Assembly (NCBI GenBank): GCA_963737065.1
Contig: CAVTRC010000001.1
Coordinates: 2,016,001-2,080,000, forward strand
Source: Candidatus Eremiobacteria bacterium
Lineage (GTDB): Bacteria > Vulcanimicrobiota > Vulcanimicrobiia > Vulcanimicrobiales > Vulcanimicrobiaceae
Direction: 5' to 3'
Length of the DNA stretch: 64,000 nucleotides
The position numbers and the translations under genes are program-made. Under the pieces are notes generated by a model. The model saw only the letters and a program-made list of their open reading frames with translations. It had not been told where the DNA came from and did not search any database. The stretch's first letter is position 1; the number at the start of each line of letters is the position of its first letter. This document shows positions 1 through 10,757 of the stretch, piece after piece.

Positions 1-3000
1 TCGCGCGGGATGTTGAAGAATATCCGCCGGATCGTCAACGGTCTGTCGTGCCACGCAATGCGAAGCGTGCAAGATGCGCCGTTTGCGGGAACGGACAGTC
101 CTTCGCCGACGTTTTGCAAAACGCGCAACGCATTCTGCTTAGTACCGCAACGCATCGCTGCCTGGGCGTATCCGTCGCCGTCCACGCCGAGGAATCCGGC
201 AACGACCGCGGATGAATATCGCACGGCCGGTATCTGTATCGTCAGCACGTTTCCATTGCGTCCGGTGAGGCCGTTGGACGAAAGTGAGTCTTTGGCGAAC
301 GCCGAGAACCCGGATGTCTGCGAAAGCGCTGAAGCTCCGGCGGGGAAGTCGACGTCTCCGGAAACGAGGCCGGTATCGGCGGAGAACAACGCGACGCGCC
401 CGGTTCCCCTCATGGCCGTGATTCGCTGAATTTCTCCGCTGACGCGAACGCCTTGTCCGTTTGGCAGCGTGATGACTTCACCGTGGCGGAGAAATCTCTG
501 TTCCGCGAACCGAACGCTTTTGTGCAGGCGCTCTTGCGGCCGAATTATCTCGCCCACGATCGTAATGGTTCCGCTCGCGCCGTTCCAATGCAACGGTGAA
601 GACGGTGCGCCGCGGTCGAGAAGGACGGTTCGCGCCGCGTATGGCGTTGCGGCGTCGCCGGTGAAGTGGCTGGTACTAAACGTATAAATATCCGATGCGG
701 ACGCAGCGATCGTTTTTCGCTGATCCGACCGGCCCGGCACGATAGCTCCATCGAGCGCAAGGCCGCCCGCGAAGGACAAAACGTTTGCGGGGCGCGTGTC
801 GTCAATTGAGAACGAGAGTTGTGCCGGTCTGCATTTCGGCAACGGTTCCGGTGTACGAACGGTTAGCCAGCGAAATCCGCGGAAAGGCAGAACCCGCACG
901 GTCGACTCGCTGGTGCCGCAGCGTACGCTGAGCGTTACATACGCGTGGGAGGCGAGATGGAGCGCAATGCGCGAGCCGTTCCCGCTCGCCGCCGGCGGCA
1001 ACAAGATCGTTGTACCGTCGTCGATCCGAACTGCAGCGGGTGCAAACAGCGGGCTCTCGCCGTCGATAGAGTTTCGATACCATGCCTGGTTCAGCAGCTC
1101 TCTACCGGGATCGAAGCGATAATCGGCATCACGCACGCTCGGACACGCTCGGCATAGTACGCTTCCGGAGGCGGCCCATTGCGCCGAGCGAAGCGCCGCG
1201 TCGTACGCGTCGCGACCGCTGATGATGTGAAATGCGCAATCGCCGTTCGGCTCGGCAAGATCGACGTTCGCGAGGATGTTCCATGCGAGCAGACGGTCTA
1301 CCAATCCGGGACCGCCGGTAAGACAGGCGATGTGCGTGCCCTTGATCATCGGATTTGCGTTCAGCGCAAACACTCGAACGTTCTCGTGACTTCGAAAGAT
1401 TTCACGCGTCGCCGGCGCGCGATCGAAGAGCGCGCCGAAGTCGGGATATCCGTCCGCATCACTCGCGGCCCACGGCGGCGTTGTAATGACCGTCTTCACC
1501 GAAGCTCTGGGGAGCACGCCGGTAAGTGCAACGCCGTCATCACCATATCGCGCAGCGAGATCAGCGAGCCCGGAGATAATCGCTGTCGGGACGCCGTACG
1601 ACGGATAGTCTCCCGTGGAGCCGCCGTTCAATTCGGTATACGGAGCCGTGCGAGGACCGATGTCGGAGACGATGCGGTTGACTTGTTCGAGCGCCGGCTC
1701 TTCCGCACCGTAATCTTGCTGATTCGTCCAGACCTGCTGGACGACCGCAACATACGACGTCGCAAGAAGAACGATCGCCAGTATTATCGGGGCTATCATG
1801 CGTTGAGATCGGATTTCCATTGAAAAGCGTCGGACGCCATCAACGGACAGTATGACGATCGCGAGAATCGGAAGGGTGACGAAGCGGTCCGGTGTGCGTA
1901 TCGCGTTGATGACGGGAAGCAAACCGAAAGCACGCCAGATCGTTTCGCCACCGGGAAGTAGCGCGCAAACGCTGAGAAATCCCATGATCAAAACGACGCT
2001 GGCGGCGACTGCGGCCGCCGGGCGCTTCAGCGATTGTTTGTTATGCAAGAATCCTATAATCGCAAAGAGCCAAAGGCTGGTGCCCGCGATAACGGCAATC
2101 GGAAGCTGGCCGGTGGCATTATACAGCGACACCGGAGAAAGAAGTGCTTCGCGCAGGATGAGTCCCGCATAGGAGGGGACGTCTTCGCTATACCACTGAA
2201 CGAAGCTCGCGTTTACAAGCGATTCGCGTCTGACCGACGAATCGCTAAAGACGTGGTTGTTCAAGGTCGGTACGACGAAGTACGCACCGAATGCAACCGT
2301 GACCAGGATGCCGGTCAGTGACAATGCAAACCATCGTGCTCGCGGTGTGCGGACGAAGGCGTACGACGCGAGTATCGCGTACGCTGGGAACGAAAGGAAG
2401 AACGCATATTCGACCGCACTGCAGTAGCCGCAGATCGCGCAGATGACGCCGCAGAGCGGCAACGCATTCGCGCCCAGCCTGCGGATGAGAGCCACTCCGG
2501 CCGCTAAACACGCAGGTGCGAGAACCGTGGGCCAGCCGAGATCGAGGTTTCCGCGCGGCATCAGTATCACTGCGGGAACGACCGCATACAAGGTCCCGGT
2601 GGCCAAACTCCAGAGCCGCGACCAACCGAACAAACGAACGAGCCAATACGTCGCAGCGCATGCGATCGCCGTTTGCGCGAGTTCCAGGAACTTGATGCTG
2701 GCCCACGTGCTGTTCACCAGGTCGGCGATGGGAACGATCGCGATATACGACGTGTAGGCGTTGTACATGAAAAACGGCTGATCCCACCACGCGCTCCAGC
2801 CCAGCATATCGATGAAATCGCGTGGAGTGTGGATGGTGTTCCGCATGTATTCAGCGACGATGAAGTTTACGCCGAGGTCTTTTGCGTAGAGTCCCGGCAG
2901 CCCCGGAAACCAATAGAACATCCACGCGCGCACGAAGGCTGCAATGCCGAACGCGGCGAGTACGGCCGCAATGGCAAGGCGTTCGGGCGGCACGCGATGG

Positions 3001-3029
3001 AATATCGAGCCGCGTACGCGTTCTAGCAT
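1..3029 (-). CDS. Large multi-TM membrane protein, GT-C-like (YfhO/AftD-type) glycosyltransferase with a long extracytoplasmic C-terminal region; runs off the left edge (>=1009 aa)
   Basis: Manual translation from ATG 3029 (MLERVRGSIFHRVPPERLAIAAVLAAFG...) found no stop before the window edge, so it is absent from the ORF track. Many hydrophobic helices in the N-terminal half, an IRTPDRF motif, and glycan-cluster context. Confidence 0.7.
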   Translation of the reverse strand, partial: MLERVRGSIFHRVPPERLAIAAVLAAFGIAAFVRAWMFYWFPGLPGLYAKDLGVNFIVAEYMRNTIHTPRDFIDMLGWSAWWDQPFFMYNAYTSYIAIVPIADLVNSTWASIKFLELAQTAIACAATYWLVRLFGWSRLWSLATGTLYAVVPAVILMPRGNLDLGWPTVLAPACLAAGVALIRRLGANALPLCGVICAICGYCSAVEYAFFLSFPAYAILASYAFVRTPRARWFALSLTGILVTVAFGAYFVVPTLNNHVFSDSSVRRESLVNASFVQWYSEDVPSYAGLILREALLSPVSLYNATGQLPIAVIAGTSLWLFAIIGFLHNKQSLKRPAAAVAASVVLIMGFLSVCALLPGGETIWRAFGLLPVINAIRTPDRFVTLPILAIVILSVDGVRRFSMEIRSQRMIAPIILAIVLLATSYVAVVQQVWTNQQDYGAEEPALEQVNRIVSDIGPRTAPYTELNGGSTGDYPSYGVPTAIISGLADLAARYGDDGVALTGVLPRASVKTVITTPPWAASDADGYPDFGALFDRAPATREIFRSHENVRVFALNANPMIKGTHIACLTGGPGLVDRLLAWNILANVDLAEPNGDCAFHIISGRDAYDAALRSAQWAASGSVLCRACPSVRDADYRFDPGRELLNQAWYRNSIDGESPLFAPAAVRIDDGTTILLPPAASGNGSRIALHLASHAYVTLSVRCGTSESTVRVLPFRGFRWLTVRTPEPLPKCRPAQLSFSIDDTRPANVLSFAGGLALDGAIVPGRSDQRKTIAASASDIYTFSTSHFTGDAATPYAARTVLLDRGAPSSPLHWNGASGTITIVGEIIRPQERLHKSVRFAEQRFLRHGEVITLPNGQGVRVSGEIQRITAMRGTGRVALFSADTGLVSGDVDFPAGASALSQTSGFSAFAKDSLSSNGLTGRNGNVLTIQIPAVRYSSAVVAGFLGVDGDGYAQAAMRCGTKQNALRVLQNVGEGLSVPANGASCTLRIAWHDRPLTIRRIFFNIPR

Positions 3030-3034
3030 CAGCG

Positions 3035-3964
3035 TTAGTCGCTTCGCCGTAAAACGAATGCTGCTTGATCGCCTCGAGCCTGTGCGTTGAGACGCCGGGC
3101 GGCAAACTCCGCGGGAATCGATGTAACCATTCGCATCAGCGTGCGGGCCGGTGAGGCGCGAAACGCATGAACGAGAGAATCGCCCTTGGCGTACGCTTCG
3201 CTCACCGAGAACTGCATTGAGGTAGAATCATACTCGACCCGCGTGACACTGAATCCACCGCGTTCAGCGGCGCGATGCATCCCGCGTTCTGTTGGAACAG
3301 CGAGGTGCCGTGGCGCGTCGAGAGCCCACCAGTGCTCGCGATACTTTTCCCATGCATAATTCGCAACCGGAATTCGGACGAGTATCGCGCCGTCCGCTTC
3401 GAGGAGCTTCGCCGCTGTTTGCAATGTTTCGACCGGATCGGCAACGTGCTCCAGCGAGTGATGAAACATGACGATGCCGGCGGAGCCCGCATACTGCGCG
3501 CGCTGCGCTACCCTCTCCAGCCCTTCGCGAAGAACGGTTTCTCCGCGCGTATCGGCCGATGCAGAAAGGTACGGGTCAACGCCGAGAACGTCGCTACATC
3601 CGAGTGCGCGTAATCCGCGCAGTAATTTGCCTGAGCCGCTGCCGACATCTATGATGCGTGTAGCGTTCGTTACCGTCGCGCCGCCGGCGCGAAGGATGGC
3701 GAGATACTTCTTCGCCATGTTTCGAAACGCGGTGCGGTCCATGTACCCGAGAACGCCGCTGCGGTCAGCGGCATACGAATAGTAGGCGTCGCCATAGTAC
3801 GGTGCAAGGTCCAATCCCGCATCCGCAATATACAACGATTTGCACTCCGCGCACACCAAATACTCGAATGCCGTGCCCATTCCAAAGTGATGCTCGCGAA
3901 CGGTGACGCTTTCGAAAACGCGCGACGCACCGCAGAACGGGCATCCGTGACGCGACCCTTCCAC
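3035..3964 (-). CDS. Class I SAM-dependent methyltransferase with N-terminal CxxC...CxxC
   Basis: IIDVGSGSG motif I, HHSLEHV, PRHL motif. Confidence 0.85.
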   Translation of the reverse strand: MEGSRHGCPFCGASRVFESVTVREHHFGMGTAFEYLVCAECKSLYIADAGLDLAPYYGDAYYSYAADRSGVLGYMDRTAFRNMAKKYLAILRAGGATVTNATRIIDVGSGSGKLLRGLRALGCSDVLGVDPYLSASADTRGETVLREGLERVAQRAQYAGSAGIVMFHHSLEHVADPVETLQTAAKLLEADGAILVRIPVANYAWEKYREHWWALDAPRHLAVPTERGMHRAAERGGFSVTRVEYDSTSMQFSVSEAYAKGDSLVHAFRASPARTLMRMVTSIPAEFAARRLNAQARGDQAAFVLRRSD

Positions 3965-4007
3965 GGGCGCTACGTACGACGAACGATTTGCGGCATCCGC
4001 CCGTCCG

Positions 4008-4787
4008 TCACGTGCGCGTAAGCGGGCGTTTTGCGACGCAAACGATCCCGTCGCACCAATCCATCTCGATCATGGGACAAACAATCATGCGCGGAACCAA
4101 AAATGCGAGCCGTTGGAAAGACCATGCGTAAAACGTGCGATGGACCGCCACTTCGCCAAACGTAAGCCGAAGGATCGCATATAGGTCGTACCACGGATAT
4201 GCTTGCACGTGCGTGAAGTCGCGGTGAATTCCGGCGGGTGAAACCGGATTCGGCACGGACATGCACAACGATCCGCCGGCAGTAATGCGCCTCCCAACCG
4301 GTGAGAGGATGTTGCTATACCACTCATCCGCCGTCATATGTTCGGCTACTTCGCTTGCGATCACGACGTCAATCTTCACCGGGATTGCGACGATGGAGTC
4401 GACGCGTTCGTATGGGCCGCTGACGTCAGGATCGCGCTCCAGCCCGAAATACCGGGCGATTCGTTTGCCCAAGACCGTTTGCAGATGGAGCGCCAGCGCA
4501 CCGTTCCCGGGTCCGATTTCCAAGACATTGACGATCCGGGTCGATTCGCGTATCAGTTTTTCCGCGAACCGCCAGATCGGAGGATAGTTCGAGATCGACA
4601 GCGGCCCCAGTCGCATTCGCGCGTTCGGCGACGAACGGGCGGCCACGCGCGGGAACACGATTTTTGCGGGCGGCCCGAAGATGACGCTGAGCTCGTTGGC
4701 CTTATATCGCTGCAGCGCCTCGGCGCGGAAGGCCATTACTTCGTGGTAACGATCTGCAAGCGCACTATCGAATTGCGACGATGACAC
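4008..4787 (-). CDS. Class I SAM-dependent methyltransferase
   Basis: VLEIGPGNG, SEVAEHM, DFTHV motifs; start uncertain (GTG 4787 assumed). Confidence 0.8.
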   Translation of the reverse strand: MSSSQFDSALADRYHEVMAFRAEALQRYKANELSVIFGPPAKIVFPRVAARSSPNARMRLGPLSISNYPPIWRFAEKLIRESTRIVNVLEIGPGNGALALHLQTVLGKRIARYFGLERDPDVSGPYERVDSIVAIPVKIDVVIASEVAEHMTADEWYSNILSPVGRRITAGGSLCMSVPNPVSPAGIHRDFTHVQAYPWYDLYAILRLTFGEVAVHRTFYAWSFQRLAFLVPRMIVCPMIEMDWCDGIVCVAKRPLTRT

Positions 4788-4877
4788 GGCTTGCCGAGGT
4801 TCGGCCGCACAAGGCCGCACCCCTATTCTGGAGGCTTGCAGGACATTCTCAGTGAGGATACGTTAAGCTCGTCCTTG

Positions 4878-6320
4878 ATGATGATGAAGCACCCATTCAT
4901 TGCGGCTGCGCTTTTGTGCACGGTACTGTTCGCCGGATGCGGCGGCGGGTCGTCAGGCGGGAGCACTCTGCCGAACGCCACGATCCCTCCGCGGGATATC
5001 AACGTCCAAGCAATTTGTCCGGAGCCGACTCCATCAACGCCGACCGACGATTGGGTGACGCTGGGTCATGACCCGCTCAAGTCCGGATGCCAGCCGCAAT
5101 ACATGGGATTGAGCACGTCGAACGTTTCAAAGTTGAAGCTTCACTGGAAGTATTCCACCGCCGATCAAATCATCGGCGGCCCGGTGGTCGCGAACGGATC
5201 TCTGTATGTCGCGACGCTCAATAGAGGGACCGTTTTTGCGCTGCAGGCGTTGACCGGCAAGTTTCTGTGGTCGACGCAACTTGGTGGTCCCGGCGTCGAA
5301 GTACGAATGATTCCGGCATACGATCATGGGATGCTTTTCGTCGGAACACACAATTTTGTATACGATACGTATGACGACGATTACGATCCGACCGCCTCGA
5401 ACTTGTACGCACTCAACGCCGCGACCGGCAAAATTCTCTGGTATGCGGGAGTTCCGGGGCCGATTCGCTCCACACCCGCCGTAGTGAACGGCAAAGTATT
5501 CGTCGGCGTCGCAGGCGGCGATACGCCGACGTGTACGCAAGGCGGCGTGCGTGAGTTCGACGAGAAAACCGGAGCGCCCGGATGGGTCTTCAATGTCGAT
5601 CCGGTCGCCCACGATGGCGGGTCCGTTTGGTCTCCGATTTCCTTCGATGGTACGCATCTGGTCTTCGGAACCGGGAACACGTGCATGAATTCGGTGCTCA
5701 CCGCGAATGGTGTGGTCGCGCTCGATCCCGCGTCCGGTCAGATCATTTGGCAGTACAACACCTACAACCCGACGGAAGACTACGATGTGGGTAGCGGCCC
5801 AACGATCCTTCACGGTGAAGCGATTGCGCTCAGTAAGAGTGGTACATTGGTGTACCTGGACCAAACTTCCGGCGGCCTAACGGCATCGCAGAAATTCGGC
5901 ACTTACGCGGCGGGCGCCGGCTATTCCACGGCTGCGACCGATGGTCGATATATATTCGTGCGCGTTGGGAACTATGGCGCGGCGGCGAGCGGCACCTCAT
6001 CGCAGCAGCGCGCGCGCCCGTTCTTCGGACGAGTGACGTCCGCAGGATCATCGGGCGGCGGAGCGTTGGTTGCGCTCGACCTCGCGGGCCGAATCGTATG
6101 GACGCATCCGACGCAAACGATCACGTCCAATTCCGTTGCCATCAATGCGGGCGTCGTCTACGCCAACTTAGATAACGCGCTCGTCGCGCTCGATGCGTCT
6201 AACGGGCAGACGTTGTGGTCGTACTCTTTGTCGGGGGCTGCGACGGCATCTCCGGCGGTCGTGCCGAGCGGGATTTATACGGCCGACCAAAGTGGAACGA
6301 TTTATGCGTTTGGACTTTGA
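4878..6320 (+). CDS. PQQ-like/BamB-like beta-propeller lipoprotein
   Basis: Lipobox LFAGC; repeated YALxAxTGxxLW blade motifs. Confidence 0.85.
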   Translation: MMMKHPFIAAALLCTVLFAGCGGGSSGGSTLPNATIPPRDINVQAICPEPTPSTPTDDWVTLGHDPLKSGCQPQYMGLSTSNVSKLKLHWKYSTADQIIGGPVVANGSLYVATLNRGTVFALQALTGKFLWSTQLGGPGVEVRMIPAYDHGMLFVGTHNFVYDTYDDDYDPTASNLYALNAATGKILWYAGVPGPIRSTPAVVNGKVFVGVAGGDTPTCTQGGVREFDEKTGAPGWVFNVDPVAHDGGSVWSPISFDGTHLVFGTGNTCMNSVLTANGVVALDPASGQIIWQYNTYNPTEDYDVGSGPTILHGEAIALSKSGTLVYLDQTSGGLTASQKFGTYAAGAGYSTAATDGRYIFVRVGNYGAAASGTSSQQRARPFFGRVTSAGSSGGGALVALDLAGRIVWTHPTQTITSNSVAINAGVVYANLDNALVALDASNGQTLWSYSLSGAATASPAVVPSGIYTADQSGTIYAFGL

Positions 6321-7315
6321 TGGTAGACGCTTGTAAAAACTCGTTCTGCCGCGTCGACAACATTTGCGTCACCGGTATAGAGTCCGGAATAATACAAGCC
6401 TAAGATCACTGAGGTGTAGTCGATTGCATATGGTTGTCCGTTGACCATGTGCGTTCCGCCGGTTCGTGTGTTTTGCGACTCGTCCACTCTGCCACTTCGT
6501 CCAATCGCGGCGACCTCGCGATTCGTTGCGGCGGTAAGAGCGGTCCGCACGTTAGCGGCCGGTTGCAGCAGCGCGAAGTATGTGAGATGCAGGACCGATA
6601 CGCCCTGGTAACTCGAGTCGAATCCGTTCTCTTCCAGCAGCGTGCCATCTTCGCGTTGCTTCGCTAAGGCTTGCCGTATAAAATCATTTGCCGGATGCAT
6701 CAATGATGGATCGTGAAGAACGGCTGAAGCGTACGCAAAGGCGCATGCGTCGACAATGAGGCGGTTCACGGCAGGAGCGTCGAACTTCGCCAATCGCGCA
6801 AGACGATCTTGGTTGTTCAACCACGCCACGTTCCGGCGAATCGAAGGAACGACCGAACGAATGCGCTGCGCGTATTGCGATGCGAGCGGGCTTTGTTCCA
6901 GAACGACGACTGCGTGAGTGACGGCTTCGATCCAGAATGCCATCTCCGCCTCGTTCATCGTTCGGCCCGGCGCAGTATCGAAGCTTCCGTCACTTTGCAG
7001 ATGAGACAATGAAAGGTCGATCGCTTTCCAGCCGTTGTCGACCTTTGCACGGTCGCTTTCTGCGGCACCAACCCAAATAAGCGGGATCGCGACCCGCTGA
7101 TACACGATGTCGGTCCAGTGGCCGCGATTGAGTTGCATCGCGCCCTCACTGTCCGGCATAGCATTCGCGGTGAGTCGATCGAGCACGGACGCGGGAATTT
7201 TCCTCAGCAGCTGATACTCGTTCGGCGGATCGCCGGGCGGGTTCGCGCTCGCGGAGAACGGTGTCGAACTCGCAACAGTCGCAACGAAAGTGAGCAGAAA
7301 CAACAACAAACGCAT
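6302..7315 (-). CDS. Secreted hypothetical protein, probably alpha/alpha-toroid fold
   Basis: Signal peptide; QxxDGS/T repeats (LQSDGSF, KQREDGTL); GFDSSYQGV. Confidence 0.65.
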   Translation of the reverse strand: MRLLLFLLTFVATVASSTPFSASANPPGDPPNEYQLLRKIPASVLDRLTANAMPDSEGAMQLNRGHWTDIVYQRVAIPLIWVGAAESDRAKVDNGWKAIDLSLSHLQSDGSFDTAPGRTMNEAEMAFWIEAVTHAVVVLEQSPLASQYAQRIRSVVPSIRRNVAWLNNQDRLARLAKFDAPAVNRLIVDACAFAYASAVLHDPSLMHPANDFIRQALAKQREDGTLLEENGFDSSYQGVSVLHLTYFALLQPAANVRTALTAATNREVAAIGRSGRVDESQNTRTGGTHMVNGQPYAIDYTSVILGLYYSGLYTGDANVVDAAERVFTSVYHQSPNA

Positions 7316-7419
7316 GGTAAGCCTCGATCAGTAGCCGTTTGCAGTTTGCGGGGCCGAAGGGAAAACCCCCGTATGCTGTTAAAACGAGCGCCGATTCGCT
7401 TACGTTCCAGGATAGCTGT

Positions 7420-8259
7420 ATGGCCATCGCGCGTCTCATCATCGTCGATACGAACGACGGCGCATTCATTCGCGCTGCCGTGAATTCCGGGCTTCGCCAA
7501 ACCGTCGACACCGAAGTTGTGGTCGTCGATAATGCCTCAACGGACGGCTCGCCTTCTTGGCTGCGCGCGATTCCGGGCGTCAGCGTAGTAGCGCGTAAGG
7601 AGAACCGCGGCTTCGGCACAGCGGTAAATACCGGAGCCGCCGGGACCGACGCGGCCTTTATCGCTTTACTCAATCCGGACGCCGAAGCGACTCCATCGTG
7701 GATCGAGACGATTACGCGATGGATGGATGAATCGGGCATTGATGTCGCGTGCAGTTACGTAGCCGCCGGGAACGGTTACTATTTCACCGGCGGTCGCTGG
7801 TGGTGGTGGTGCGGCGGATCAACTGATGATCGGACGCCGAAACCGGAACGCAGAACCGACTTCATCAATGGCTGCTCCTTAGTGATCCGTACAGAGTTAT
7901 TCCAAGCATTGGAAGGTTTCGATGAGGGGTTCTTTCTTTACAGCGAGGACGTCGATCTTTCGTTGCGCGCGGTAGCCGCAGGCGGTCGTCTAGGCGTGCT
8001 TCCACAACCGTTAGTGCGGCATGACGCGCATGGAAGCAGTACGAAAGCACTTGGTTCGAAAAAATGGACTCACGCGTTCGCATCGCGCGGACGGATGGTC
8101 GCGAAACATTGTCCGATGCTGGTGCGACCGTTTGCTTTGGTCGTTCAGGCTTTTGTAGTCCCGGTTCGTTTCGCAGGTGGAGTACGCGCCGCATTGCCGC
8201 TGATACGTTCGGTGTTCGAGGGATATCATTCATTTCGACGCGAAGGGGCGGCGCGATGA
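7420..8259 (+). CDS. Glycosyltransferase family 2 (WbbL-like rhamnosyltransferase type)
   Basis: VVVDNASTDGS, NRGFG, LLNPD, GFDEGFFLYSEDVD. Confidence 0.9.
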   Translation: MAIARLIIVDTNDGAFIRAAVNSGLRQTVDTEVVVVDNASTDGSPSWLRAIPGVSVVARKENRGFGTAVNTGAAGTDAAFIALLNPDAEATPSWIETITRWMDESGIDVACSYVAAGNGYYFTGGRWWWWCGGSTDDRTPKPERRTDFINGCSLVIRTELFQALEGFDEGFFLYSEDVDLSLRAVAAGGRLGVLPQPLVRHDAHGSSTKALGSKKWTHAFASRGRMVAKHCPMLVRPFALVVQAFVVPVRFAGGVRAALPLIRSVFEGYHSFRREGAAR

Positions 8260-9299
8260 AGGTGCTAGTTACGGGCGGCGGCGGCTATATCGGCGCCGTT
8301 TTGTGTCGTCAGCTTCGCGAGGCCGGACACGACGTCGTTTCGTTAGACCGCTACTTCTGGGGTCTTGAACCATTGCTGGGTCTCGACGTAGACATCGTTC
8401 ACGGCGACGTTCGCGATTTCTCCGACGAGTGGCTGGAAGACGTCGATGCAGTGTGCCATTTAGCAGGCCTCTCGAACGATCCGACGGCAGAGTACAACCC
8501 AAACGCGAACTGGCAGATGAATGTCGTTGCGACGCAGCGCATGGTGGACGCGTGCAAGCGTGCCGGAATCCGGCGCTTTACTTTTGCGTCGAGTGCGTCG
8601 ATCTACGACACTGAGGAATCGTCACATGTGTTGGATCGATCGCCAATCATGTGCACGGAAGAGACGACCGTTGAGCCGCGCGGTGCGTATTCGACGTCGA
8701 AGCGCGAAGCTGAACGCATCATTCTGGGCGCGACGGATGTACGGTTCTCTCCCGTCGTCTTTCGACAAGGAACCGTGTACGGGTATAGCCCGCGAATGCG
8801 TTTCGATCTTGTCGTTAACACCTTCGTTAAAGATGCGCTGGTGATGAGAGAGCTTTCGCTTCATGGGGGCGGCTGGATGTGGCGACCACTCGTGGATGTG
8901 GAGGACGTTGCGAGAGTGCACGTGCGCGCGCTCGAAGTACCGACCGAAATCCTGAGCGGCCAGATTTTTAACGTGATGGAGGAAAACTATCAAATCCGTC
9001 AGTTGGCGATGCTCGTTGCCGGATCGCTTTCTCTGCTTCCGAAACCCGTCGGCGTTCGTCTTCGCGAAACGCCACTGCCCAAGCTCGTTCGTAATTATCG
9101 GATGAGCAATGAGAAACTCAGTCGAGCCATCGGGTTTACGCCCTCGATTACCGTGCTGGAGTCGATCGAACGGATGTTGCGCGAACTTCCCATCGACCGT
9201 CTCGAAGAGTTCGGCCATCCGAAGTACTACAACATCAGGTGGATGACGATCTTAGAATCCGTGCACGAGTCCCAGCGCGCGTACGCCAGTATTTATTGA
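8256..9299 (+). CDS. NAD-dependent sugar epimerase/dehydratase (SDR)
   Basis: VTGGGGYIG, HLAGLSND, YxxSK, YGYSPRMRFDLVVN. Confidence 0.9.
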   Translation: MKVLVTGGGGYIGAVLCRQLREAGHDVVSLDRYFWGLEPLLGLDVDIVHGDVRDFSDEWLEDVDAVCHLAGLSNDPTAEYNPNANWQMNVVATQRMVDACKRAGIRRFTFASSASIYDTEESSHVLDRSPIMCTEETTVEPRGAYSTSKREAERIILGATDVRFSPVVFRQGTVYGYSPRMRFDLVVNTFVKDALVMRELSLHGGGWMWRPLVDVEDVARVHVRALEVPTEILSGQIFNVMEENYQIRQLAMLVAGSLSLLPKPVGVRLRETPLPKLVRNYRMSNEKLSRAIGFTPSITVLESIERMLRELPIDRLEEFGHPKYYNIRWMTILESVHESQRAYASIY

Positions 9300-9303
9300 T
9301 ATC

Positions 9304-10182
9304 GTGGACGCCATTCTCGAGCGCATCGTCATCCTCGGCGCGGCAGGCCAGCTGGGCACGGACCTGATGCGCGCGTTTGCCGATACGTCGGCAGTCGGTT
9401 TGAATCACAGCCAACTCGACATTGAGGAGCCCTCTTCGGTGCTCCAAGCGATCGGGCGGATTCGGCCGACACTGATCGTCAATACGGCAGCGTACCACAA
9501 TGTAGATCTTTGCGAATCATTTCCGCAGCGTGCATTTGCCGTTAATGCACTCGCGGTCGATATGCTGGCGGCGTCATGCGCGTGCGCCGGCATTCCGTTC
9601 GCCCATGTCAGCACAGACTACGTTTTCGACGGCGCTGCGCAAATGCCGTATACCGAAACTGATACTGCGCGACCGCTTAATGTATACGGAATGTCGAAGC
9701 GCGCGGGGGAGCAGCTGATGGGCCGCCACGCGACGGAACAATTCATCTTTCGAACGAGCGGGTTATTCGGTACCGCGCAGTCTACGGTGAAAGGACCAAA
9801 TTTCGTCGAGCGCATGATACGCGCCGCGGAAGAACGCAAGCCGCTCAAAGTCGTCGACGACATCACGTTCTCGCCGTCATTTACGGCGCATGTTGCACAG
9901 ACGGTCCGGCGCATCGTGGTGTCGGAAAAATGGGGACTGTACCACGTCTCCAATGCCGGCCAGTGCAGCTGGTACGATCTCGCCGCAAAAGCGATCGAGG
10001 AAGCCGGGCTTCACACCGATCTTCAGCGCGTCGCTTCGCCGGAAAAGCAGGTTCCACGGCGGCCGCGCATGTCCGCATTGCGGAGTACCGCTATTCCGGC
10101 CGCGGGAGTTGCGCCGCTCCCGCGCTGGGAGGATGCCGTTCGCGACTACGTCGCCGAGCGTCGTGCTCTAGCCGTCAAGTAG
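9304..10182 (+). CDS. rfbD: dTDP-4-dehydrorhamnose reductase
   Basis: GAAGQLG, STDYVFDG, PLNVYGMSK. Confidence 0.9.
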   Translation: MDAILERIVILGAAGQLGTDLMRAFADTSAVGLNHSQLDIEEPSSVLQAIGRIRPTLIVNTAAYHNVDLCESFPQRAFAVNALAVDMLAASCACAGIPFAHVSTDYVFDGAAQMPYTETDTARPLNVYGMSKRAGEQLMGRHATEQFIFRTSGLFGTAQSTVKGPNFVERMIRAAEERKPLKVVDDITFSPSFTAHVAQTVRRIVVSEKWGLYHVSNAGQCSWYDLAAKAIEEAGLHTDLQRVASPEKQVPRRPRMSALRSTAIPAAGVAPLPRWEDAVRDYVAERRALAVK

Positions 10183-10695
10183 TGCGAACGCCTTGTCCTT
10201 TTGGGAAATGCGCGGCTCGCCGACCAACGGCCACTCGATGCCGATAGCCGGGTCGTTCCAGCGCACGCCGAATTCGCGCTCGGCATTGTGCAGTGCGCCG
10301 TGTTTGTAGGAAAAAATGATGTCGTCGGTTAGCGCGAGGAAGCCATGCACGAAGCCGCGCGGAACATACAGCTGCACGTGATTGTATTCCGAGAGGTAGA
10401 ACGCTTGCCATTGCCGGTAGGTCGACGAATCTTTTCGCATGTCCACGAGGACGTCGAATATTCGGCCGCGCAAACACTGGACGAGCTTGCTCATCTCGGC
10501 GTCGCCATGCAGCCCGCGAATCACATTTTTTGAAGAAAACGATACGCTATCCTGAACGAATTCATCGGTTATTCCGAGCGCCCGGTACTTTGCGGTTGAA
10601 TACGTCTCTTTGAAGAAGCCTCTATCGTCTTCGTACACGTCGGGTTCGATGAGGAACGCATCCGCGAATTTCGTCGGCTTTGAAACTAGACTCAT
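10168..10695 (-). CDS. rfbC: dTDP-4-dehydrorhamnose 3,5-epimerase
   Basis: DDRGFFKE, IRGLH, PRGFVHGF, RWNDPAIGIEWP. Confidence 0.95.
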   Translation of the reverse strand: MSLVSKPTKFADAFLIEPDVYEDDRGFFKETYSTAKYRALGITDEFVQDSVSFSSKNVIRGLHGDAEMSKLVQCLRGRIFDVLVDMRKDSSTYRQWQAFYLSEYNHVQLYVPRGFVHGFLALTDDIIFSYKHGALHNAEREFGVRWNDPAIGIEWPLVGEPRISQKDKAFALLDG

Positions 10696-10757
10696 CGCGC
10701 CCGGTATTGCCCCCACCCGAATCGTTACCCTCTCGATCGTGAAGGACGTATTGCAAC

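Noticed and set aside
10..3026. Plus-strand ORFs in the first 3 kb, and other long antisense ORFs (e.g. 18654-19880, 21663-22679, 28766-29887, 45343-46599)
   Set aside because: Shadow frames of well-supported genes on the opposite strand in GC-rich DNA.
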